In this document: one piece after another, positions 36,932 to 47,283 of the stretch
Layout of the letters: each line of letters begins with the position of its first letter
How positions within the stretch are numbered: position 1 is the first letter of the stretch
Assembly: GCA_025812035.1 (NCBI GenBank)
Contig: GCA_025812035.1_4719.1
Length of the DNA stretch: 64,000 bases
Source of the DNA: a phage
Direction: 5' to 3' (one strand)
The notes under the pieces: model-generated
The model's database searches: none
The model's input: the letters and a program-made list of their open reading frames with translations, nothing else
Told to the model about the DNA's origin: nothing
Position numbers and translations under genes: made by a program

Positions 36932-39522
36932 TCACCTTTGATTGTGTAAAACTTCGTGAAGTCCACGCGATCTTTCAAGAACTCACGACTGACACGTTCT
37001 AAGAACCGCAGTTGTTTAACCGTAACTTCGAGCGGCGTCCAACTGTCATGTGGATGAATAGAAACCATCCGCCAATCGTAATTACGTAACGCGGGATCGT
37101 AGTCATAGAACCATTTATACGGCTCCATGAAATCCATCAGCTTAACGTCCTGCATATCAGGATCAGGGTCGATAACACCGTTGATAAGATCGTACGTTAC
37201 CGCCATCAGCGTTGGACTGATAAGCTGATATTTGTTTTCAATCGTTACCGGCGTATCATACTTCACACGAGGGAAATACAAGGACATATAGTCTTCAACA
37301 CGTTTATCGGTTTCAAGACTCTTGTCGCGTAGATAATAGGTGTCCGTGTTCACGAGACCGCGGATAGGAGCAATAACACGGTAAATCGCATAAGGCACCC
37401 CATCGTTGACTTTGATGTCGGCAGGGTATTGCGTATCCTCTGCGGTAACCACTTCGCTACGATCGTAAATACGTCCACCAACCACAATACGAACAACATG
37501 ATCGTCACGAACATTGAACACGTCATCGTAAGAAAGCTGGCCATGCATCGTCCAACCGGTATCGTAAACAGGTTCGGTGGTTAAGTCTGTGCGTGGGAAA
37601 CCCGTACATCTCACGGTAACCGTGTGCGTGTTCCCTTCACTGAAATAACGTTTCGCATTGATCACGATCGTTGGCCATTTTACGATATAATCGATATCGC
37701 GTACCAAGCTGTAGCTTTTGGTTGCTTTCCCGTCACCTAACCATACTTCGATTTGACCCGGTTCGAAAGGTAACGGATATTCAACATCGATGCCCGTAGT
37801 AACATCCAACCACACGGTGTGATTACGATGTTGTATCGTGGTCTTATACGCTAAGAAGTAGGTATCGAACAATACGAGACCGGTTTTCTTGCGCCCGTCT
37901 AACGCCCATTTTATTACCCCGTTCTCTTCCGTTACCACAGAAGCATCGTCGGTAACATCCTTCCATGTGCTTGCAACAGGTTGTCCGTTACGAAGGTTTA
38001 CGCTGTAGCAGCGGTAGCTCGCCCATTCGCGGATTGGAACGTCGGCAACACCCATCACGTAATCAAGCGTTCTTCCACCAACACCAGACCGACCCTCAAC
38101 GTAGGACGTTGTTTTATACTGCGGGTAAAAATGTCGACCTGCCGGATGTTGTGTGATACCCAATAATAGACCGTTATTATCGTACTCGAAGAACGTCGCG
38201 TTTGCACGCAAGCCCCACGGTACTTCAGCGGCAGGCGTACCTATTTCGTCGGTAACACGTTGTGGACTATCTGCAACCAGTTTCGCCATCGCGTTATACC
38301 CGTAAGCGGAGGTCACCATGTCGATTGTGATGTTGCTTTCCTTATTACGCATGATACGCGTATAATCACTGGCTTCAAGCGTACGCGCAAAGAACTCGGG
38401 TATGTTAGCGTTCTGTTCCAGCATCGCGCCGATGATGACGTCGTCTGGAAGTTTATACAGTTCGTGGATACGATTATGTTCGAAGGTTAAACGCGTTTTC
38501 AAACCGCTATCGCGGACAACCACTTCCAGGGTTAAATCACGAAGCGATTCTGCACCATCAATTCGTTCAACGAAGTAGCTGACATAATCAACAGGAATCC
38601 CGTAATCACGATGCGTGAGCATGCGGATACTATTTTCCTGGTTGGTATGGTAATAACGCCCTTTTCCATTAGGGCCTTTCACGTAGATGTCGACGTCATC
38701 ACGATACTGGATCTTAGTATCCGTTTCATCTTTCGGTGGATGAATAAGATACTTCACTTTTTTGTCCAGATCGCTGTTGTACGTTTTAAGATCTTCTACA
38801 CGGAAGCTGTAACGATGAACAACCGTACCATCATAGACGACCTGAATACTATCGCCGATCTTAAAACTTGACGGTGGAATATCTTCAACCGCTTCACCAT
38901 TGATGCTACAGTGCGTCCAACCGATCCCGGTTTCCTGGATTTTTTTACGCCAAGCGTATAACTGACGCTGCCATTGTAGAACCTGCGTTGAACTGGTGAC
39001 AATCCCACCAAGGACATGCACCTCACGTCCCGTCGGTTTCGTAAATGCTGGGTACCCTTCCGCGAAGTCGGCATTGAGATAGGTGCGCCAGTAATAATCA
39101 CCAACGCCGAGGTCGGCGATATTCGGTTGGTCCAACACACAGACCAACATCGTTTCATTTTCCAGATTACCCGTCCACGTTAATGTCAGCGGGAATTCTT
39201 TACCGTCCTCAGTGTAGATGTTGTAATACGATCCCTTCACTTCACAGAACTTGCTGAGTTCCCGCCACCACAACCGACCCGCCCCGACATTAAAATCCTC
39301 TCCCATGTGTCGTCCAATAACAAACACATGGAACGTATTCGTATCGTCAGGAAGATTGAATGTACGATGCCAAGCCGTAAAGTTTTTTACTGCGCCGGTC
39401 TTTCCGGTAATACGACGCATCTTAATACGATGCTGGTTGTCCATTAATGGACGGCAGTTCACGTTCAGCGCAGCATGATTTATCAAGTATTGCGCTGTAG
39501 GATTAGAAGCGTTCAACACCAC
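36928..39522 (-). CDS. large virion structural protein (possibly portal or baseplate; unassigned)
   Basis: 864-aa ORF in the terminase-proximal structural block; no motif-level assignment possible. Confidence 0.4.
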   Translation of the reverse strand: MVLNASNPTAQYLINHAALNVNCRPLMDNQHRIKMRRITGKTGAVKNFTAWHRTFNLPDDTNTFHVFVIGRHMGEDFNVGAGRLWWRELSKFCEVKGSYYNIYTEDGKEFPLTLTWTGNLENETMLVCVLDQPNIADLGVGDYYWRTYLNADFAEGYPAFTKPTGREVHVLGGIVTSSTQVLQWQRQLYAWRKKIQETGIGWTHCSINGEAVEDIPPSSFKIGDSIQVVYDGTVVHRYSFRVEDLKTYNSDLDKKVKYLIHPPKDETDTKIQYRDDVDIYVKGPNGKGRYYHTNQENSIRMLTHRDYGIPVDYVSYFVERIDGAESLRDLTLEVVVRDSGLKTRLTFEHNRIHELYKLPDDVIIGAMLEQNANIPEFFARTLEASDYTRIMRNKESNITIDMVTSAYGYNAMAKLVADSPQRVTDEIGTPAAEVPWGLRANATFFEYDNNGLLLGITQHPAGRHFYPQYKTTSYVEGRSGVGGRTLDYVMGVADVPIREWASYRCYSVNLRNGQPVASTWKDVTDDASVVTEENGVIKWALDGRKKTGLVLFDTYFLAYKTTIQHRNHTVWLDVTTGIDVEYPLPFEPGQIEVWLGDGKATKSYSLVRDIDYIVKWPTIVINAKRYFSEGNTHTVTVRCTGFPRTDLTTEPVYDTGWTMHGQLSYDDVFNVRDDHVVRIVVGGRIYDRSEVVTAEDTQYPADIKVNDGVPYAIYRVIAPIRGLVNTDTYYLRDKSLETDKRVEDYMSLYFPRVKYDTPVTIENKYQLISPTLMAVTYDLINGVIDPDPDMQDVKLMDFMEPYKWFYDYDPALRNYDWRMVSIHPHDSWTPLEVTVKQLRFLERVSREFLKDRVDFTKFYTIKGE

Positions 39523-40450
39523 GGCATGCCTCCAGGAGGTATTTCATGTTGGCTTGGAAGTCATTAACGTCACGCGCCATACGACGCTGATCCGCCATGA
39601 GACGAGCCAACACGGTATCACGATAACCACGGTCGTGGTCGGCAGCAGAGCATAAAAGAATAAATGTTGGTGGGTGCTCTAAAGCAATCCCAGCAACTTC
39701 TTTACTGTACCCCCCAACCCAACTGTACGCGGTGATTTCAAACAACAGCGCTTGGGTTAACGTATTCAAACGGGGACTAATATTACTTTCTTTTAGCGCG
39801 GTTACAAAAGCCGCCATGTTAGGGATATAACCCAGGTTTTCGGTTACGATACCGATGCTTGCAAAATCGTAACGAAGCGTTGTCTGGATGGTGCGCACCA
39901 TAGTTAGTCTTTCATTATTTGTAAGGCTATCTTTAAACAAGCAAAGATAATACCATGCTGTTATGATGGCAACATCACGACGTTGTTGAAGGTCCAGTCC
40001 TAGACGCTGTGTAATTTGTCCGCTAATCCAATCACAAAAGACACGCATCGGGATAGGGCCAAGACGTTCAAAAGGACGTGTGCCCAAGGATTCCCATCCT
40101 ACCTGAAGATACGCACGTGATTGAAGAAAGTTATATTCACGTTCGTTAACAACGGTAGTACGCGATCCTGGGCGTGAGGTGTCTGTTGGAGTGCGTGCGT
40201 AAGCACGTTGGTCAACAACAACGCGCTGTCCATCCATCACCGTTTTAATGACCAACGGATGGCCAAAAGAAGGGATATCGTCCAGCGTATTTTTGTTGCC
40301 GATAACTTCGAGAACGGGGGTGTTTACAGCACTTTCTTCACCTGGTGCACTTAACAATCCGCCGACGTAAGCAATTTCGACAGCGGTTCGGATACGGTCA
40401 ATGCCTTTCAGTTTTGTTCCAACAGTTGTGTCGTAAGGAGAGATGAACAT
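39503..40450 (-). CDS. hypothetical (structural block) protein
   Basis: ORF in track; AAGGAA before ATG; TATATGCCGT box upstream. Confidence 0.5.
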   Translation of the reverse strand: MFISPYDTTVGTKLKGIDRIRTAVEIAYVGGLLSAPGEESAVNTPVLEVIGNKNTLDDIPSFGHPLVIKTVMDGQRVVVDQRAYARTPTDTSRPGSRTTVVNEREYNFLQSRAYLQVGWESLGTRPFERLGPIPMRVFCDWISGQITQRLGLDLQQRRDVAIITAWYYLCLFKDSLTNNERLTMVRTIQTTLRYDFASIGIVTENLGYIPNMAAFVTALKESNISPRLNTLTQALLFEITAYSWVGGYSKEVAGIALEHPPTFILLCSAADHDRGYRDTVLARLMADQRRMARDVNDFQANMKYLLEACRGVERF

Positions 40451-40466
40451 ATGTAATTCCTTTATT

Positions 40467-40476
40467 ACGGCATATA
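40467..40476 (-). promoter_or_regulatory. TATATGCCGT box upstream of 39503-40450 (no hairpin)
   Basis: Coding-strand TATATGCCGT 16 nt before the ATG; variant of the UAUGCCGU core. Confidence 0.35.
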
Positions 40477-40520
40477 AGAAAACGGGTTAAGCACACAGAT
40501 TTACGCATAATTGTAATTTT

Positions 40521-40536
40521 TTACGTTATGCCTATG
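40521..40536 (+). promoter_or_regulatory. TTATGCCTATG box upstream of putative sheath gene
   Basis: Plus-strand CGTTATGCCTATG about 65 nt before ATG at 40594; resembles the UAUGCCGU core in the opposite orientation. Confidence 0.3.
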
Positions 40537-40593
40537 ACATTGTGTCACGTGTGCAATTATGTCATACAATTTCCTTAAATTAAGGAGAGTTCC

Positions 40594-42666
40594 ATGAGGC
40601 TTAAGAATAGCACGCCTCGCGCGATTTTTACGGGCTTTAAAGAGGGTCTTACCACGGATCCGGTTACAGCCCCAGAGATCACGCCCATTCACCTCCCGTA
40701 TGTTTTCATTCAGGGTGGTCGTGGTAAAGAGGACACCTTGCTGTTAACAGGGGACGCCCTGTCTACAGTCTACGGTGAAGATATGCTGAACTACCGCAGT
40801 AAGTACGCTTCTCCGGCAACATTGATTGCTCGTCAAGCTGCTTCTACGGGTAGCGCAATCTTCACAAAACGTTTGGTTGCACCGGATGCGACAGCTGCAC
40901 GTATTCGTATCGGTGTTGAAATCGTTGCCGATAAACTGGTCGTTTACCAGCGTAACGTTGACGGGTCTTTCAAAAAGGACACCGCCGGTAACAAAATCCC
41001 CGACGGCGATAAAACCGTTGATGGGTTGAAACTGCGTTGGGTTGTTAACCACGACAAAGATGCCGAAACACCGAATGTTTTCGGTAAGGATGAAGTGGTT
41101 ATTGGCCAACTGACGGCAACTGACGGTACCCAGAGTAACTACTATCCTATTCTGGATGGGTTAGTGAGCTGGCGCGGTGCTGACGGGGATAACATCGGCG
41201 TGCGTTTGGAAGCACCGACCGCGCTGAGCAGTAACCCTACCCGTACCGATATTATCGAACGCATCGGTGCTTTCCTGTACCGCATTCAGTTCGTGGAACG
41301 CAAGTCTTCACGTACTGCGCCGACAGTCATTCGTACAATCAGCGGTATGGAACAAGAAACCTTCGCACTGCAGGAAGGTGTTATCCAACCTGATGATGAA
41401 ACCGATCTGTCCTTCGGTAAAGTGGTCGTTGACGCCTACGAGTATAATGAGACGGGTAACACCCCGATCTTTGCTCCGATGGATCAGATGCATCTTTATC
41501 AGAAGAACATCGACGAAATCGTCAAGAAGCTGTACGAATCTGAAAGCAAAGTTAACAACGATCTGTTAACCGACGTTGAATTCGTCGAAGGACAGATGAA
41601 CATCTTCACCGGTGTTGATTACAACGGTATTCCGTATCAAACCATCGAAGTTCTCGATGCGGATCAGGGCGGCGCTATCTTCGATGGTACCAGCACCTTT
41701 TACGCAATCGATGGTAGTGATGGCGACGTAAGCTGGGATACCTTCGATGCGTTAGCGAAGCAGCAGTTCGAATCGTTCGGCAACATGGGCGAAGATCTGG
41801 AAGACATGGCTTTCTATCCGTTCTCCATCGTGTATGACATTGGTTACAAAGTCGACACGAAGAAAGCGATGGCGAATGTCTTGTCTCTGCGTCCTGACGT
41901 CATGATTATTGCATCAACCCACACCTGGAAGGGCGTGGAGCTGAACGTCGACGAAGAAAGCTCCATGGGTGCAATGCTGCGTAACTACTACCGTCTGCAT
42001 CCAGAAAGCGTGCTTTACAATACCCCAGCCTGTCGTGCTGCTGTGTTTATGCAATATGGCGAAAGCATCGAAGCGCCAAGCCTGGGTAAAGTTCCGCTGA
42101 CGCTGGAAGTTGCTAATAAACTTGCAACGTACATGGGTGCTTCAGATGGTGTTATCCGCGGTACCCGCATCGATAACAACCCTGGTAACGTTGTCACAAC
42201 GATGCGTAAAATCAACAAGACGTATCGTAACGCAACGGTCCGCGATCGTGATTGGGAAAACGGCTTGAACTATGTTCAGACCTATAACCGTAATTCCAAC
42301 TTCTTCCCGGCTTGGGGCACGATTTACAATAACGACCGTTCGGTATGGCGTTCGTTGATCAACGTGATCATCGGTTGCGATCTGACTCGTGTCTGCTATC
42401 GTCTCTGGGCAGAAACCACCGGTACCACAGGAATGGACGAGTCGCTGTTCCTGAAACTGATGGGCGAACGCTTCCTGGAATACACCACGGGTCGTTACAA
42501 CGACCATGTGACTGTTAAGGGACGTTTCTACCTGGATAAAGAAGACGGTTATAATGGCTTCAGCTATCATGGTGATATCAGCCTGATCGGTGATCCGGGT
42601 ATGACCGTGGGTACGTTTACCATCACCGGGCTGCGTCGTAACACCGAAGCAGCAGAAGCGGCGTAA
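40594..42666 (+). CDS. putative tail sheath protein
   Basis: 690-aa ORF immediately followed by a 296-aa ORF and a strong bidirectional terminator; size and arrangement match the phiKZ-type sheath/tube pair (about 695 aa and about 32 kDa, from memory); GGAGAG before ATG. Confidence 0.45.
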   Translation: MRLKNSTPRAIFTGFKEGLTTDPVTAPEITPIHLPYVFIQGGRGKEDTLLLTGDALSTVYGEDMLNYRSKYASPATLIARQAASTGSAIFTKRLVAPDATAARIRIGVEIVADKLVVYQRNVDGSFKKDTAGNKIPDGDKTVDGLKLRWVVNHDKDAETPNVFGKDEVVIGQLTATDGTQSNYYPILDGLVSWRGADGDNIGVRLEAPTALSSNPTRTDIIERIGAFLYRIQFVERKSSRTAPTVIRTISGMEQETFALQEGVIQPDDETDLSFGKVVVDAYEYNETGNTPIFAPMDQMHLYQKNIDEIVKKLYESESKVNNDLLTDVEFVEGQMNIFTGVDYNGIPYQTIEVLDADQGGAIFDGTSTFYAIDGSDGDVSWDTFDALAKQQFESFGNMGEDLEDMAFYPFSIVYDIGYKVDTKKAMANVLSLRPDVMIIASTHTWKGVELNVDEESSMGAMLRNYYRLHPESVLYNTPACRAAVFMQYGESIEAPSLGKVPLTLEVANKLATYMGASDGVIRGTRIDNNPGNVVTTMRKINKTYRNATVRDRDWENGLNYVQTYNRNSNFFPAWGTIYNNDRSVWRSLINVIIGCDLTRVCYRLWAETTGTTGMDESLFLKLMGERFLEYTTGRYNDHVTVKGRFYLDKEDGYNGFSYHGDISLIGDPGMTVGTFTITGLRRNTEAAEAA

Positions 42667-42681
42667 TGAGAGGAGTCCATA

Positions 42682-43572
42682 ATGCGTCCTGATAATACCC
42701 TACTCGGTGAACAGGGTGTTGGTGCTCTTAGCAACGCGGCTATGGTCGATATTCGTGCGGGTGCCCAAAACGGGTACATCAGCAATATCGGTACGTACGT
42801 TGCTAACGCCAACTACATTCCGAACCAAATGTTCTGTCTCCTGCTGGAGGCACCACGTGGTTTCAACTATCTACCTAACCCGGATGTACAGATTGGTTAT
42901 CTGAAGGCGTTGGTAGAAGAGGTTGCGCATTCGATTACCGGTCTGCAACGCGGATTGGAAGTTGAATTCGTTAGCGTCCCGGTTTCTGGTTCCGGTGAAA
43001 TCCAGGAAGAAGTCTCTGACGTTAAACGTCCTCGCTCTAACCCGACTTTCGGGATCTATGAGAAAGAAGGTCGTTCCGTTAGCTACTTCCTGGAACAATG
43101 GATCACGTATCTGTTGATGGACCCGGATGCTAAATATCCGATGCTGTCGTCTATCGTATCCACCGGTGGTCCGACCGACCTGCTGGCGGATTATCGTAGC
43201 GCAACAATGCTGTTCGTTGAACCAGACCGTCAACACAAGAAAGTGGTTAACGCCTGGTTGTGTACGAACATGATGCCTCACGGTACCGGCGACTGGACAT
43301 CACGTCGTAACAAGAACGATGCACCAAACGTGGTAGAATTGAGCATTCAGTTCACTGCGCTAACACAGACCAACTACGGCGTGCGTGCTTTTGCGCAGCG
43401 TCTGTTGGACAAGATGAATCTGCTTAAAGTAAACCCGGATTTCCGTCCGGCTTATCTGAGCGACATCGATCCCGCTGTGGCAGCGCAGAAGGTTGGCTAC
43501 ACCTTCGACTTTGATAACAGCGATACCTTCGAGGTACCGAACGCTTATCAAAACGTAACACCTCGCGTGTAA
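42682..43572 (+). CDS. putative tail tube protein
   Basis: 296-aa ORF 15 nt downstream of the putative sheath gene with AGGAG before ATG, followed by hairpin plus U-tract at 43596-43633. Confidence 0.4.
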   Translation: MRPDNTLLGEQGVGALSNAAMVDIRAGAQNGYISNIGTYVANANYIPNQMFCLLLEAPRGFNYLPNPDVQIGYLKALVEEVAHSITGLQRGLEVEFVSVPVSGSGEIQEEVSDVKRPRSNPTFGIYEKEGRSVSYFLEQWITYLLMDPDAKYPMLSSIVSTGGPTDLLADYRSATMLFVEPDRQHKKVVNAWLCTNMMPHGTGDWTSRRNKNDAPNVVELSIQFTALTQTNYGVRAFAQRLLDKMNLLKVNPDFRPAYLSDIDPAVAAQKVGYTFDFDNSDTFEVPNAYQNVTPRV

Positions 43573-43595
43573 CGTAAAAAAAAAAGCATAGTAAC

Positions 43596-43633
43596 TCCCT
43601 CCTTCCCTAGCCATCAAGGCCGGGGAAGGAGGG
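43596..43633. terminator. bidirectional intrinsic terminator
   Basis: CCCTCCTTCCC ... GGGAAGGAGGG stem flanked by A10 on one side and T-rich on the other, between convergent tube gene and 43646-44185. Confidence 0.6.
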
Positions 43634-43645
43634 TTTATAGTTTAT

Positions 43646-44185
43646 TTACTGTTTGTTCTTAGCTTCACGGATGAAAATGACGTCGGGATATTCTTGGGAT
43701 TCAATGAATTCAGGATTACGATAACGACGAATATGACGCATCGTCGTACATGCAAGTTTATAAAGATGTTCCTCCTCACGTTGTGTTAGTAACATCAATT
43801 GTGTATCTGGAATCACGAACGGGAGTCTTTCATTCACGTATTCTTGAAGGTTGTCGAGATCATCGTGATGAATACCCTCTGAGAGCTTATATAACGCTTC
43901 CAGCAATTCTAATCCACCGAATTGATAACTTCCTATTGTTGTCTTAAACAATGCGCCAGAACGCGTGGTGGATGCTCTATCGGCAACATCGTATTGTTCC
44001 AACATATATCCGTAGACCATGCTGCGTCTATCCAACGTTTCCGTAACGAGATTACGCCACCGTTCCAGTCTTTTGAGCGCCTTGTCGATAGAGTAAACGA
44101 TCATGTCATACTCATCCAACTCTTCCGCGATACCCAATAGCTCGGTGTTGTTAGGTTTTGCTGCGCCGATAAGAAAAACACTCAT
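43646..44185 (-). CDS. hypothetical protein
   Basis: ORF in track. Confidence 0.5.
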   Translation of the reverse strand: MSVFLIGAAKPNNTELLGIAEELDEYDMIVYSIDKALKRLERWRNLVTETLDRRSMVYGYMLEQYDVADRASTTRSGALFKTTIGSYQFGGLELLEALYKLSEGIHHDDLDNLQEYVNERLPFVIPDTQLMLLTQREEEHLYKLACTTMRHIRRYRNPEFIESQEYPDVIFIREAKNKQ

Positions 44186-44598
44186 TACTCAAACTCCTTA
44201 TTCCAAAACTCGATTAACGAATCGAGCTGTTCCTTACTGGTTATCTCACCTCCTCTAACAAAATGAAATCGTTCTTGAATCGCGATCTTTTCGAGGATAT
44301 CGGTAAGCAAATGACGGTGACAGAAATTTCCTGCAGGACAATAACACCCTAACACCACAACCGGATGAGAGAATAAAGCCAGCCATTCCGGTGTGTGATC
44401 AACAAAGCTTTTACGCATAAGCGCGTAATAGCCTGTGGTATATTCATCCTCGGTTAACGTTTTTGATTTGATTCCTGTAACAAGTTCCCATGATGGTGCG
44501 AAGAGCGGGTTACCTGTTTTCACCGTCGTGTCCAGTAGGAACGCTCGTGTGCCTGAAAGCCAACGATGTTTGGCTAATTGAAGGGTGTATAAAAACAC
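44185..44598 (-). CDS. hypothetical protein
   Basis: ORF in track; Cys/His cluster GCYCPAGNFCHRH. Confidence 0.5.
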   Translation of the reverse strand: MFLYTLQLAKHRWLSGTRAFLLDTTVKTGNPLFAPSWELVTGIKSKTLTEDEYTTGYYALMRKSFVDHTPEWLALFSHPVVVLGCYCPAGNFCHRHLLTDILEKIAIQERFHFVRGGEITSKEQLDSLIEFWNKEFE

Positions 44599-44702
44599 AG
44601 CGCTAACCCCAAAGGATAAAAATAAAACCTTGACATAACCACCACCGCAACCCCGTTACAGGGCTACGGTGGGGTCATACAGAGAGACGTGTTAGGTTAT
44701 AA

Positions 44703-45182
44703 TCAGTCTTTCAGCAGCTCAGCTGCATACGCACTGATATTGTCGCGGATATGCTTAACCTGAGTTGTTGGGAAAGATTTCTTATACGCGGTGGTCAGAC
44801 GTCCGTAAACCTGTTTCTTCTCGTTAGAGCCGAAACCAACTTCAGCGCTACGTTGAATTGTTGCAGACACAACGTCTTTACCCAGCGGCAGTGTAACAGA
44901 AACAACGTCAACCTGCTTGTTATCCGCCATGAACTGCGCACCAACGCGACCAACTGCCAGGCCGTGAGCCAGACCGATATCAGTGGTCAGCTTCTGCGCT
45001 TTTTCCAGGATTTCTTTTTCTTCCGGTGTTACCAGAGTACCCAGGAAATCACTGCCTAACTTCTGGCTACCGGATTCGTCCAGTTTGATACCAGCTGCGA
45101 TTTTATCAGAAAGCGCCTGAACTTCCGGACGTACGTTAGAAGTGGTTTCAGTTGCTACGGTGGTTTCTACAGCTTCAGACAT
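44703..45182 (-). CDS. hypothetical protein with strong upstream TATATTACC box
   Basis: ORF in track; promoter-like box at 45305-45313. Confidence 0.55.
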   Translation of the reverse strand: MSEAVETTVATETTSNVRPEVQALSDKIAAGIKLDESGSQKLGSDFLGTLVTPEEKEILEKAQKLTTDIGLAHGLAVGRVGAQFMADNKQVDVVSVTLPLGKDVVSATIQRSAEVGFGSNEKKQVYGRLTTAYKKSFPTTQVKHIRDNISAYAAELLKD

Positions 45183-45297
45183 GTTAATACTCCAATTAGT
45201 TTTTTCGATCGATCAAAAGGATAAAATCAGAAGATTCTTTCTTCATAGGGAAAACACAAGTCGGTTAAGGTTTACTTCTCAAACTCCTTGCGTTCTA

Positions 45298-45327
45298 TCA
45301 GTTAGGTAATATAGACCTCAACTTTTT
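45298..45327 (-). promoter_or_regulatory. TATATTACC-box promoter-like element (class E)
   Basis: Plus-strand GTTAGGTAATATAGACCTCAACTTTTTT upstream of 44703-45182. Confidence 0.5.
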
Positions 45328-46115
45328 TCCAATAATGCCGCAACGTTCCGCGCGAAGCGAATAACTTTGTAATTGCGGGTCTGTTTGACATCTTCTCCAT
45401 CGCTGTCATCTTCGGACGGATCATCCCACATGAAGTCTTGTTCGTCCGCTTTCTGTAAGTAGCGGTATAACTGCACCATGCTGCGTGCGGTTGGAGAGAT
45501 AGCGCGAAGTTCGTCTAAATCTTCATCGGTAAGCAGAACGCACGGTGAACGCAGTGGTTCCATTGCCGTATTACACAGTAGACGAATAAGCAGATCGACA
45601 CACGGAATAACGGAACTTGGTGAGGCGATTTCTGGGTGTAGTGTATAACCCCAATACACGCTGTTAAAATAAGTCAATACCGCAGGTAATGAAGGATGCT
45701 CCATCACACGACCAATTTGCTGTCTTACAATAGATGCACGATCGTTCAGTACATCGAGAGTAATTTGTTGCGGTTCCATAACAGCGAGTGACATACCGTA
45801 CGCATCGGCTACGCCAAGGATTTCATGAAGAGCCGAACGCTCTTCTTCTGCGGATGTTGTCCCGATCGCTTTACGTCCAGCAAGTTCGATTAGCATCGGT
45901 GAAACAGTTTCTTTAACCTCGTTTAAAGAAGCCTGGTAAGCATGTTTGTGAAGGTACAGTGTCCACGCTAATGCGCGCACAGCTGCATGAAGCAGATCGA
46001 CATAAGACTGTTCTTGATAGCATGGCCCGTACACGCTCACCGCAAGCTTGGTGGCTTTCTCGGAAGCTTGCATAATAGCATCAGGTGATTTAGGCATATC
46101 GCGTTCTTCTTGCAT
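45318..46115 (-). CDS. hypothetical protein
   Basis: ORF in track; upstream leader carries ATACGGCGTAT box and hairpin-UUUUUAUGCCGU module. Confidence 0.55.
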   Translation of the reverse strand: MQEERDMPKSPDAIMQASEKATKLAVSVYGPCYQEQSYVDLLHAAVRALAWTLYLHKHAYQASLNEVKETVSPMLIELAGRKAIGTTSAEEERSALHEILGVADAYGMSLAVMEPQQITLDVLNDRASIVRQQIGRVMEHPSLPAVLTYFNSVYWGYTLHPEIASPSSVIPCVDLLIRLLCNTAMEPLRSPCVLLTDEDLDELRAISPTARSMVQLYRYLQKADEQDFMWDDPSEDDSDGEDVKQTRNYKVIRFARNVAALLEKS

Positions 46116-46203
46116 CTTTTAAATTCCTACTTAACAATAAAGTTTATATACGGCGTATGTATCCGTAGAATAATGAGTTCCGGTAAGATCTTACATCAAA
46201 ATG

Positions 46204-46245
46204 ACGGCATAAAAAGTACCTCCTTACCCACATGGGTAAGGAGGT
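46204..46245 (-). terminator. hairpin followed by UUUUUAUGCCGU
   Basis: 13-bp perfect stem ACCTCCTTACCCA/TGGGTAAGGAGGT then ACUUUUUAUGCCGU. Confidence 0.55.
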
Positions 46246-46396
46246 TCGTCCATCACGACGGAAGGACGTTATGTGACGCGGTGTCCATAACGGCCCTGGT
46301 AGCAGGCATTAAAAAGATAACAAAAGGATGTAAGTTGAGCTAAACCACCTAAATACGGTAACGATTACTTCCGTACACAATATAACGTAACATCTT

Positions 46397-47206
46397 TTAC
46401 CACTGATTAAAGCTGCCCGCTTTAACGATGTCACAACGCAGATGGTTACATAACTGATCCAGGAAGACAACCGGACTGTCACCGGACAACATGGCCAGTG
46501 CGTGCTGACCACCAGAACGAACAACGAGATCATCAACCATTGGCGCAGTAATCGGGAGATCGTACGCGTCCATGATTGCTTTGGCTTCCTGTTCTACGTC
46601 TTTCTGAAACCCTTCCATCGTCGGAGAGTCATATTTGGTTGCAAACTCGATCCCAGGCAAGTTAACGTAATCGTAAGTCATCACGCGGGTCATAACGCGA
46701 CGGCGCTCACGTTGCCAGATTTGGGGATCGGTTAACGCACGAACTGAAAAACACACGTTCACTAGCGGTGTTTCAAAATCCTTACGTAACGCATCACCGT
46801 ACGGACCACAAGGAATAACGTCCCCCATCACCATCACGACAGGACGACCACGACGATCACGTCCAGCTTCTTCCAACCAAATCTTAGAAAAGCAATGACT
46901 CACTTTGGTTTCTTCGATTCGTAATGCGCGCTGTAAAAAGCTGGTGGCATCCTGACCGATCTCTGGTTTAGGGTGACCGTATTCACCTTTCAGCGAACGA
47001 TTGCGTGCGTTTGTTTGCAGTAAGCTGTTTTCCAGGAACAACGGTTTCGAACGCTCAAGTTCGTAATATTCTTCGGTATTGTTAAAACAGTTAAACCCAC
47101 CGATAACACAGGTGTAGGCACCGTCAGCGTTAGGACGGATAATACCTTTTTTATTCACACCAAGATAACTGGTGCAAACAAGATTACTAATTGGTGGTTG
47201 CATCAT
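46397..47206 (-). CDS. hypothetical protein
   Basis: ORF in track. Confidence 0.5.
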   Translation of the reverse strand: MMQPPISNLVCTSYLGVNKKGIIRPNADGAYTCVIGGFNCFNNTEEYYELERSKPLFLENSLLQTNARNRSLKGEYGHPKPEIGQDATSFLQRALRIEETKVSHCFSKIWLEEAGRDRRGRPVVMVMGDVIPCGPYGDALRKDFETPLVNVCFSVRALTDPQIWQRERRRVMTRVMTYDYVNLPGIEFATKYDSPTMEGFQKDVEQEAKAIMDAYDLPITAPMVDDLVVRSGGQHALAMLSGDSPVVFLDQLCNHLRCDIVKAGSFNQW

Positions 47207-47283
47207 AACCCCTTTATAAGCAACTGAATGAAAAACGTTACCTTCCCGCTTTTACGTCAAGAAGGCGACACGTAAGCGTTATA

